Of a stretch of 64,000 bases of DNA, positions 1 through 6,553 are shown one piece after another. The translations under genes were made by a program, and so were the position numbers. The notes beneath the pieces were generated by a model. It ran no database searches. It was not told the DNA's origin and saw only the letters and a program-made list of their open reading frames with translations. Positions within the stretch are counted from its first letter, which is position 1; each line of letters opens with the position of its first letter. The DNA is from a virus (taxonomy: Duplodnaviria > Caudoviricetes), in IMG/VR virus record IMGVR_UViG_2974630879_000001, positions 12,336-76,335 of that record. One strand, written 5' to 3'.

Positions 1-694
1 TGGAAATGGTTCATGGGGCAGCGGTGACGTTGACCTGGAAGAAGCATTCAATCTCCCCACGGAAGAACAAGCTCGTGCTGTCAACATCGTAGGAAGTGCC
101 GTAGCAGCTGCTAAAGCAGCAGGCGAAGGTATTCCAGGTGATGTAAGTAAGATCATGGATCAATTTTTGAATCCCGTGATTCAATGGCAAATCGTTCTGA
201 TGAAGTTTTTCACTGATCAGATCGATACTGAGTACAGCATGCGTCGTCCCAACCGTCGCTATTCAGACATCTATCTGCCATCGCTTTGCGATCAGGATGA
301 TGGTCGTCTGGAATCACTTCTGTATTTCCAAGACGTTTCTGGTTCCATCACTGATGCAGACTCACAACGCTTCAACTCGGAGTTGAAGTATGTCTGGGAA
401 GTACTCAAACCCAAGAAGGTAACCATCGCTCAATTCAGTACTGAAATCACTAAAGTTGATGTACTGGTTGAAGAGGATCGATTCGATTGGATCGAGACTT
501 ATGGCGGTGGTGGTACATCACTCGTTCCTGTGCGCGAGATGATTCTGAAAGAAAAACCTACCGCTGCAATCATCTTCAGTGATCTGGAGTGCGGCATTAT
601 GGATTGCACAGGCATTACATGCCCTCTCATCTGGGCCACGATTCGTAATCGTGGGGCCAAGGTGGAGAAGGGTCAAATCATTCACATCCGCTAA
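1..694 (+). CDS. 5'-partial metallopeptidase/vWA-like domain protein (DUF2201-like; N4 gp25 position)
   Basis: Frame is open from position 2 into the listed ORF 155..694. It has a MIDAS-like FQDVSGS motif and IIFSDLEC, and lies directly upstream of dCTP deaminase as in N4-like phages. Confidence 0.75.
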   Translation, partial: GNGSWGSGDVDLEEAFNLPTEEQARAVNIVGSAVAAAKAAGEGIPGDVSKIMDQFLNPVIQWQIVLMKFFTDQIDTEYSMRRPNRRYSDIYLPSLCDQDDGRLESLLYFQDVSGSITDADSQRFNSELKYVWEVLKPKKVTIAQFSTEITKVDVLVEEDRFDWIETYGGGGTSLVPVREMILKEKPTAAIIFSDLECGIMDCTGITCPLIWATIRNRGAKVEKGQIIHIR

Positions 695-706
695 AAGGAA
701 AATGCA

Positions 707-1075
707 ATGTCCATTCGTACTCGTATCGCTGGTATCGCCTCTGCTGTCGGTGCCACCAAGTTGGCAGCTAAGCTGTCCGAAGAAACCGGTCAGAAGATCG
801 TGGCTACTCCTGAGCCCGAAGGTATTCCATCTCAGCCTGAAGTGAAGCGTCTTCCGCGAACCAGGGAAACCTGGTATCAGCGCTGGCTGACTGAGCGTCC
901 CCAACGTCTGCGTGCCTACGCAAGCTACAAGGGCGGCAAGCATCATCGTGGCGTTCCTGCACATATCCAGCAGCAGTACCAGTTCGAAGCTGAAGTGAAG
1001 CGTCAGGGTAAGGATGCCAAGCGCGCTCGTGATCATTCCCTGGCCACCTACAACAACCCTTGCTTGAAAGGTTAA
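707..1075 (+). CDS. hypothetical basic protein, 122 aa
   Basis: AAGGA RBS before the ATG; fits tightly between neighbouring genes. Confidence 0.7.
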   Translation: MSIRTRIAGIASAVGATKLAAKLSEETGQKIVATPEPEGIPSQPEVKRLPRTRETWYQRWLTERPQRLRAYASYKGGKHHRGVPAHIQQQYQFEAEVKRQGKDAKRARDHSLATYNNPCLKG

Positions 1076-1082
1076 GTAAACC

Positions 1083-1574
1083 ATGATCATCAACAGCCAC
1101 GTCCTGCTGAGCAAGGCACCTATCAAGGACATGTTCGCTACGAAACAGTCCAATGGTGATGTCAGCTTCGGCATGTCCGAGGCTGGCTATGACATTCGAA
1201 TCAAGCAAGCTATCAAGTTTCATAGTGGTGGTGTGAGAATTCACTGCACAACAGGTTCTGATTGGCATGCAAATAAAAGATTCTGTCTGGCATCTGCAAT
1301 TGAAGAATTTCAGATGCCAGACGATCTGGTAGGCATTGTCCATGACAAGTCCACCTGGGCACGCCGTGGGCTATCTGTGTTTAATACTGTCATCGAACCA
1401 GGATGGCACGGCTTTTTGACTCTGGAGCTTGTCTACCATGGTCAAGAAGAACTCATCATTCCTGCTGGTTCAGGTATTGCACAAGTGGTATTCCACGAGA
1501 CTGCTGTAGCTTCCGCATACAATGGGAAGTACCAGAACCAAGAGGATATGCCCGTTGGACCAAGACAAGCCTGA
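1083..1574 (+). CDS. dcd: dCTP deaminase
   Basis: Motifs AGYDIR, HDKSTWARRG, TVIEPGWHGFLTLEL and C-terminal YNGKYQNQ, typical of the dCTP deaminase/dUTPase superfamily. Confidence 0.88.
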   Translation: MIINSHVLLSKAPIKDMFATKQSNGDVSFGMSEAGYDIRIKQAIKFHSGGVRIHCTTGSDWHANKRFCLASAIEEFQMPDDLVGIVHDKSTWARRGLSVFNTVIEPGWHGFLTLELVYHGQEELIIPAGSGIAQVVFHETAVASAYNGKYQNQEDMPVGPRQA

Positions 1575-1725
1575 GATCGATTACAGCAAGTACCCTGAGC
1601 CGCCTAGGCCAGCAAAGCCAACGCATCCGCTCAGGGTATTTATTGAACGACCTCCTCGTGAACATATACCTGAACCCGTCAATCGCTGGCACAAAAACAT
1701 TACCCGATCTAATCGAGCAAGGTGA
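1555..1725 (+). CDS. small Pro-rich hypothetical protein
   Basis: Fills the gap between dcd and the next gene. Probable TTG start after GAGGA; the start is uncertain. Confidence 0.4.
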   Translation: MDQDKPEIDYSKYPEPPRPAKPTHPLRVFIERPPREHIPEPVNRWHKNITRSNRAR

Positions 1726-1728
1726 TCT

Positions 1729-1977
1729 ATGTCAGCACCCATCTGTTCTGCCTGTGGCAAAGAAAACCCTTGGGTACTAATCAGTGACCACTACAAAGAA
1801 ATTTGTGGTCACTGTGTAGAGTCAGATCCGCGTGTTGATTTCGACAGAGCCGAAAATATGTATGCATTATTTGCGTACTGTAGAGGCGGATGTGGTGATC
1901 GTAATGCAGTCAACTATGGTAGACACGATCAAGAATTTACGTACTACTGTGGTGGATCTTTCCACTGTACACCTTAG
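1729..1977 (+). CDS. small Cys-rich, putative Zn-binding protein, 82 aa
   Basis: CSAC, CGHC, CRGGC and YCGGSFHC cysteine clusters; AAGGTG RBS. Confidence 0.65.
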   Translation: MSAPICSACGKENPWVLISDHYKEICGHCVESDPRVDFDRAENMYALFAYCRGGCGDRNAVNYGRHDQEFTYYCGGSFHCTP

Positions 1978-2021
1978 CTCTTTCCCTGGGTTCATCCCAT
2001 CAATCAAACACGGAGAATTAC

Positions 2022-2555
2022 ATGGCAACTGCCAAGAAAGTCGCATCGAAGAAGACCGTCAAGAAGGCTGTCAAAAAGACCGCTACCAAGCGTGCTTACA
2101 ATCGCAAGCCGAAGACCACTGTCGAAGATGCTCAGAATGAGCAGTCTGATGTGATGGCTGCAACTGATGTTGGATCTGAAACTTTTGTGCAGGAAACGCC
2201 TGCTCTGGTTCAGCTATCCGATTATGGTCTGTGGGATCTGCGTAATGTGCCAGTTCCGGTTCGTATGTTGTTCCTGCTGGAGCTGGAATCTCTGGGCTAC
2301 GTTCTCAAGACCGATCTGCGTGCCCCAAGTGAAGGCACTTCTGTTTTCACCAACGCTGATCTGATCCAAATCATTAGTCTGAACCATGTTAACAAGCTGA
2401 TTAGCTTCATGAATTTCGGTGAGCTGAATATGGCACAAGGCGTGATTGCTGAACCGCAATATCTGGAAAGCCGTCTGAATATCTTCAGCGTTCGCACCTC
2501 AATGGCTGCGCCGAATGAAGTTACCATTCAAGGCGAACGCTTCGTTCGTGTTTGA
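2022..2555 (+). CDS. hypothetical protein with Lys/Ala-rich histone-H1-like N-terminus
   Basis: Begins MATAKKVASKKTVKKAVKKTATKRAYNRKPK; GGAGA RBS. Confidence 0.8.
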   Translation: MATAKKVASKKTVKKAVKKTATKRAYNRKPKTTVEDAQNEQSDVMAATDVGSETFVQETPALVQLSDYGLWDLRNVPVPVRMLFLLELESLGYVLKTDLRAPSEGTSVFTNADLIQIISLNHVNKLISFMNFGELNMAQGVIAEPQYLESRLNIFSVRTSMAAPNEVTIQGERFVRV

Positions 2556-2564
2556 AGTTGAAAC

Positions 2565-2798
2565 GGTGCTCCGGACCCATGAATCTGGAGTATGTCTTCT
2601 GGGAAGACTGTATGAGGCCGTGAGGCTTTAAGACCATGCAGACAGGCTCCGTCCTGGCAGGGGGTGAAAACCCCCCACCTATAAAGAGCATTGAGAAGTC
2701 CACTTAGCGCACGTGCTCTTGAAGTAAAAGAGCTGAAGTTAAAACGTCCATAACGCATGTTGCCAACGGCTGATTGCGGTGGACTTCTGAGTGCTTTT
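2565..2798 (+). ncRNA. putative structured RNA / 5' leader
   Basis: ORF-free 270-nt gap with serial hairpins (two with GNRA loops, GTGA and GAAA) and a ~19-bp long-range stem 2684-2703/2779-2798. Confidence 0.5.
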
Positions 2799-2826
2799 AC
2801 CCCAACCAACAACTGTGGAGTTACCC

Positions 2827-4836
2827 ATGTCTGAATTTACCAAGTTCGGTGCAGCCGTTGCTGCACGCTTCGCCCTGATGTGCTCATTCGGTGAGCTGTA
2901 TCGCACGACTGCAAGTGCTGATGATCTGTGGAATCTGTATCTGGCTTCCTTCCCTGAAGGCACCAATCCGATCTTCCGTGAGCGTACTGAGCATGATGGT
3001 TCCTATGACAGGAACTTCATCAAGCGGCTTGGCAACGTTGTTGCTATCGATCCGAGCAACGATCAAGTTATTTCGCTGTGGAACAGTCTGGAAAACCTTC
3101 CATATCCCTACGATGTGGTAGCTCAAAAGATGGCTGATTATGTTGGTCGCCACGAGATTACAAATCTCTTCCGAACCAAGGAGCTGGATGCAGGCCATAA
3201 GCCGAACTTCGAGCTGATCAATGGTCGTCAGCATCAGTGGACGCACTTCTATGTTCGTCTGCCCAACTTCGTCATCACTCGTGATGCAGGTGCTGCTATC
3301 GGTCAACGTGCAACGAATGTCGCTGTGATGTTCCGTAGCCTGACTGAAATCAACCAGAGTGCTATCGTCGATGTTCTGGATCTGATCGAGCAGAATGCGT
3401 TGTATCGTGGTGAAGAGCATAAGCCTGCTCTGCTGGCATTTCAGAAAGCGCAGAATAACTTTCTGATGACTCTGGAAGGTAAGCACAATACGTGGCTGTG
3501 GAAAAACAGCACTAACAACGTGCTGATGATCAAGAACACCGCTATCGGCACTCTGCTGGTAGACCTGTCTGATGGCATGCCATTGGATCAGGCAGTGAAG
3601 TCGTTCGAGTCGAAGGTGGCTCCTGCCAACTACAAGCGTACGTCTGCACTGATCACCCCTGGGATGGTCAATAGTGCAATGCTGAAGATCAACGAGCTGG
3701 GCTATCAGAACAGCTTGTATCGTCGTCATGCTGTACTGGCTGATATCAATGTCAACGATATCGAGTGGGCCGATGCTTCTGCAAAGAATGTCATGGCCGG
3801 CTCCATTGGTGATGTCCTGATGCAGGCTGCTGTCAAAAAAGCTCCCAAGGCTGACAAGCTCGAAGAGATCAGCATTGAAGACTTCATGTCTACTGTGCTG
3901 CCGAAGGCTAGCAGCATGGAGCTGTTCGTCAGCAATAAGCTGACTCAGAATTTGGTCAACATCACTGCACCATTCGATGCAGATGCTCCGTCACTGTTCA
4001 AGTGGGACAATGCCTTTGGCTGGTCCTACAAGGGCAATGTGACTGACTCGATCAAGGAACGTGTCAAGGCAGCTGGTGGCAATATCAAGGCAGACCTTCG
4101 TGTCTCGTTGGCATGGCACAACAGTGACGATCTCGATTTGCACTGTGTGACTCCTGGTCGTGAACACATCAACTTCAGCCACAAGGCTGGCGTACTCGAT
4201 GTCGATATGAATGGTCCGTATCAAAAGGATGATCGTAATCCTGTTGAGAATATGGCCTTCATGCGTCCTCGTGACGGTGTTTACGCCTTCAGCGTCGATC
4301 AGTACTCAGCTCGTAGCAACAACCAAACCCGTCCGGGTTTCACGTTGCAAGTCGAGTGTGGTGGTGAACTCCATGAGTTGACCTATCAGCCTGCAATGCG
4401 TAGTCGTGCTATGGCTTGCATCTCGATTGAGATGAAGGGCGGTGTCATCAAGGAACTGAAGGTTCTGAATGACAAGCTGATTCACCAGGGTCGTTCGCAG
4501 AAGATCAATGGTGTCAACACTGAGTCCTTTGTCCGGGTCTCGACCATGATGTTCTCTCCGAACTACTGGGGCGATCAGCATATCGGCAACAAGCATTACA
4601 TCTTCCTGTTGGAAGGTGCACAGACTGATGAACCTGTTCGTGGTATCTACAATGAGTTCTTGAAGTCTGAGCTGGATGAACATCGTAAGGTGTTCGAAGT
4701 GCTGGGAGCCAAGACGGTTATTCAGCCGCAAGGTGAACAGCTAGCCGGTATCGGCTTCAGTTCTACTGTTCGTAATTCGGCACTGATCAAGGTGTCGGGT
4801 CCAACCATCAACAAGACCTACAAGGTCATGTTCTAA
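2827..4836 (+). CDS. conserved phage protein, ~669 aa, with YfaP/DUF2135-like segment
   Basis: ATG at 2827 after GGAG. Segment DLRVSLAWHNSDDLDLHCVTPG...LDVDMNG resembles the YfaP-like domain. Confidence 0.7.
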   Translation: MSEFTKFGAAVAARFALMCSFGELYRTTASADDLWNLYLASFPEGTNPIFRERTEHDGSYDRNFIKRLGNVVAIDPSNDQVISLWNSLENLPYPYDVVAQKMADYVGRHEITNLFRTKELDAGHKPNFELINGRQHQWTHFYVRLPNFVITRDAGAAIGQRATNVAVMFRSLTEINQSAIVDVLDLIEQNALYRGEEHKPALLAFQKAQNNFLMTLEGKHNTWLWKNSTNNVLMIKNTAIGTLLVDLSDGMPLDQAVKSFESKVAPANYKRTSALITPGMVNSAMLKINELGYQNSLYRRHAVLADINVNDIEWADASAKNVMAGSIGDVLMQAAVKKAPKADKLEEISIEDFMSTVLPKASSMELFVSNKLTQNLVNITAPFDADAPSLFKWDNAFGWSYKGNVTDSIKERVKAAGGNIKADLRVSLAWHNSDDLDLHCVTPGREHINFSHKAGVLDVDMNGPYQKDDRNPVENMAFMRPRDGVYAFSVDQYSARSNNQTRPGFTLQVECGGELHELTYQPAMRSRAMACISIEMKGGVIKELKVLNDKLIHQGRSQKINGVNTESFVRVSTMMFSPNYWGDQHIGNKHYIFLLEGAQTDEPVRGIYNEFLKSELDEHRKVFEVLGAKTVIQPQGEQLAGIGFSSTVRNSALIKVSGPTINKTYKVMF

Positions 4837-4845
4837 GGAATCAAC

Positions 4846-5256
4846 ATGTCTGAGAAGAACATTTTCGAGCAAGCCACTCGTGCTGCTGCTCGATTCCCTT
4901 CGCCGGTTGGTGATCTCTCAACTGAGCAACTGTGGTCGCTGCCCTTGACTTCGCTCAAGGGTGCTGACCTCAACGGCATTGCTGTGTCCGTCAACCGTGA
5001 GTTGAAGGCACAGGGCGAGGAGTCCTTCGTGGACACCAAGCCGAATGCCAAGTCTGCTCTCCTGGCTCTGAAGCTCGATGTGCTGAAACACATCATTGCC
5101 GTCAAGCAGGCTGAGAACGCCGAGAAGCTCGACGCTCAGCGTCGTGCAGCGGAGATCGCCAAGATCGAAGAGATCCTCGTGTCGAAGCAGACGGACGCCT
5201 TGGCGTCGAGTTCTGTCGAAGACCTGGAAAAGCGACTGGCAGAGCTGCGCAAGTAA
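4846..5256 (+). CDS. conserved phage coiled-coil protein, 136 aa
   Basis: AAGGA RBS, 9 nt after the previous stop; helical and charged C-terminus. Confidence 0.8.
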   Translation: MSEKNIFEQATRAAARFPSPVGDLSTEQLWSLPLTSLKGADLNGIAVSVNRELKAQGEESFVDTKPNAKSALLALKLDVLKHIIAVKQAENAEKLDAQRRAAEIAKIEEILVSKQTDALASSSVEDLEKRLAELRK

Positions 5257-5267
5257 TACCGTTTTAT

Positions 5268-5437
5268 GGATTACCTAGGTGTGCAACAGTGGAACGCTTG
5301 GACAATAGCTACGTCTGAGTTAGGTCATTCGAGCGGGATCGGCCCGTACCAAGAAGCTGCCAAGACACTTACCGCAACACCGTCCATGGGGGTGAGAATG
5401 TGAAGGATGAAAGCGGCTTTCACTAGGTAATCCGCCA
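5268..5437 (+). ncRNA. oversized tRNA-like RNA A (170 nt, G-CCA end)
   Basis: Perfect 11-bp terminal stem GGATTACCTAG (5268-5278)/CTAGGTAATCC (5423-5433) followed by G-CCA; internal hairpins; AT at -2/-1. Confidence 0.6.
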
Positions 5438-5445
5438 TATGTAAG

Positions 5446-5471
5446 GGGGCCACTCAATAGGGAGTGGCCCC
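5446..5471 (+). other. 10-bp perfect hairpin immediately 5' of the hammerhead
   Basis: GGGGCCACTC-AATAGG-GAGTGGCCCC; no U-tract follows. Confidence 0.7.
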
Positions 5472-5473
5472 AT

Positions 5474-5523
5474 GCCAATCTGATGAGTCCGTTAGGACGA
5501 AACACACTCTGTGTGTAATTGGC
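5474..5523 (+). ncRNA. type I hammerhead ribozyme
   Basis: GCCAAT-CTGATGA-GTCC(GTTA)GGAC-GAAA-CACAC(TCT)GTGTG-TA-ATTGGC: complete core with three paired stems; predicted cleavage after GTA at 5517. Confidence 0.95.
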
Positions 5524-5864
5524 TGTTTGAGATGAAAGGGTGCCACCCTGGAATCAATATTGTTCAGCCCGTCGCCAATGCGATCATTGGCTAATTCAGC
5601 ACTGAGGATGTGCTGCACCTGTTCAGTACCCTCGCAAGGTACGTTGAACCAGGGGACGCAAGTAACCCTTAGAGGCGTGTATAACCGGGAGTCTAAATCC
5701 GGTGCTGTGTCCTAATTCACAGTGAGTTGATACCAAATAGAGAAGATTAGGCTCGCTTGGTTAAGCACTCGTAGACTTGGCAACTACATACACGTCTCGC
5801 CTTCATATATTTGAGGTAGCAACCCACTTGTGCTCTTGTACAAGATAGTCTAAGGTTGCTGCCA
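5524..5864 (+). ncRNA. putative large structured RNA between the hammerhead and the first tRNA
   Basis: Many 5-11-bp helices, including 5672-5682/5788-5798 and 5815-5824/5854-5863; no credible ORF. Confidence 0.5.
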
Positions 5865-5873
5865 CAACGCTTT

Positions 5874-5949
5874 CGCGGGATAGTTCAGTTGGCAGAACAC
5901 CGGACTCATAATCCGGATGTCGTCGGTTCGAATCCGACTCCCGCAACCA
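5874..5949 (+). tRNA. tRNA-fMet: tRNA-fMet-like (CAT)
   Basis: 76-nt cloverleaf, C1:A72 mismatch, anticodon CAT at 5907-5909, T-loop TTCGAAT, encoded CCA. Confidence 0.93.
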
Positions 5950-5956
5950 GTTTCAT

Positions 5957-6042
5957 GAGGGTGAGTAGCTCTGGCGTGGCATCGGCCATCAACTAGCTGG
6001 AAGCTCATTAACGTCAGAGTTGAGTTCCTGAGACCTTCGCCA
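5957..6042 (+). pseudogene. degenerate tRNA-like element (86 nt, G-CCA end)
   Basis: Six-bp acceptor GAGGGT/ACCTTC, G-CCA, bulged T-arm with loop TTGAGTT; poor D and anticodon arms; same GTTTCAT leader as tRNA-Ser. Confidence 0.55.
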
Positions 6043-6046
6043 GTTT

Positions 6047-6128
6047 TGACCATCTCCCTGTAAATTTCAGTGGAGGCGTCCCTGCCAGCTCACGACCGTG
6101 AGTGGAATTCGCATCAGGGGGATGGTCA
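6047..6128 (+). ncRNA. putative 82-nt structured RNA closed by a 14-bp stem
   Basis: TGACCATCTCCCTG (6047-6060)/CAGGGGGATGGTCA (6115-6128), one G-U pair; inner hairpin CTCAC-GACC-GTGAG. Confidence 0.5.
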
Positions 6129-6131
6129 TCT

Positions 6132-6207
6132 TGTGGGATAGCTCAGTTGGTAGAGCATTGCCCTGATAAGGCAAGGGTCACTGGTTCGAGTCCAGTTCCT
6201 ACAACCA
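6132..6207 (+). tRNA. tRNA-Ile: tRNA-Ile (GAT)
   Basis: 76-nt cloverleaf; anticodon arm TTGCC-CTGATAA-GGCAA; T-loop TTCGAGT; CCA. Confidence 0.96.
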
Positions 6208-6215
6208 GTTTCAAT

Positions 6216-6266
6216 GGGCGGCGCAGATTTGCTCTTTGTGGGTTTAATTCCCATGGCTGTCCACCA
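6216..6266 (+). ncRNA. 51-nt acceptor/T-arm minihelix with alanine identity elements
   Basis: Acceptor GGGCGGC/GCTGTCC (G1-C72, G2-C71, G3-U70), A73, CCA; T-arm GTGGG-TTTAATT-CCCAT; only 14 nt in place of the D, anticodon and variable arms. Confidence 0.65.
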
Positions 6267-6279
6267 GCTCTTTGACAAT

Positions 6280-6365
6280 GGATCGGGTTATCAGATGGGC
6301 GCTGAGGCAGACTGTAAATCTGCCGTCTCAGGACTCGCTTGGTTCGACTCCAAGCTGATCCACCA
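6280..6365 (+). tRNA. tRNA-Tyr: tRNA-Tyr (GTA)
   Basis: 86 nt; GCAGA-CTGTAAA-TCTGC anticodon arm; long variable arm; T-loop TTCGACT; CCA. Confidence 0.93.
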
Positions 6366-6381
6366 GTCAAACACGTTTCAT

Positions 6382-6467
6382 GGGTTGTTCCGCCGTATGG
6401 ACGGCAAGCGGTCTTGAACACCGTGGCATCCGAAAGGTTGAGGGTTCGATTCCTTAACAACCCGCCA
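6382..6467 (+). tRNA. tRNA-Ser: tRNA-Ser (TGA)
   Basis: 86 nt; GCGGT-CTTGAAC-ACCGT; variable arm with GAAA loop; G73-CCA. Confidence 0.93.
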
Positions 6468-6474
6468 TAGCTTC

Positions 6475-6551
6475 ATGGGATTAGCACAGCTTGGTAGTGC
6501 GTCTGCTTTGGGAGCAGAAGGTCACAGGTTCGAATCCTGTATCCCGTACCA
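6475..6551 (+). tRNA. tRNA-Pro: tRNA-Pro (TGG)
   Basis: 77 nt; TCTGC-TTTGGGA-GCAGA; T-loop TTCGAAT; CCA. Confidence 0.95.
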
Positions 6552-6553
6552 AA

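Noticed and set aside
2608-2631. CTGTATGA-GGCC-GTGA-GGCT-TTAA resembles a hammerhead core
   Set aside because: An extra T interrupts CTGATGA and GAAA is replaced by TTAA, so the catalytic core is not intact. Kept only as part of the structured leader.
5321-5364. AGGTCA...GAAGCTGCCAAG resembles the SRP 4.5S RNA S-domain
   Set aside because: The conserved CAGG/AGCAG symmetric loop and the GNRA-capped helix are absent.
5652-5702. GGGACGCAAG...GTCTAA recalls a c-di-GMP-I riboswitch
   Set aside because: The upstream GGCAAA/GNRA P1 arm is missing and the spacing does not fit.
5842-5851. AAGATAGTCT resembles the group I intron S element
   Set aside because: No matching GACTA P7 partner and no P, Q or R elements upstream.
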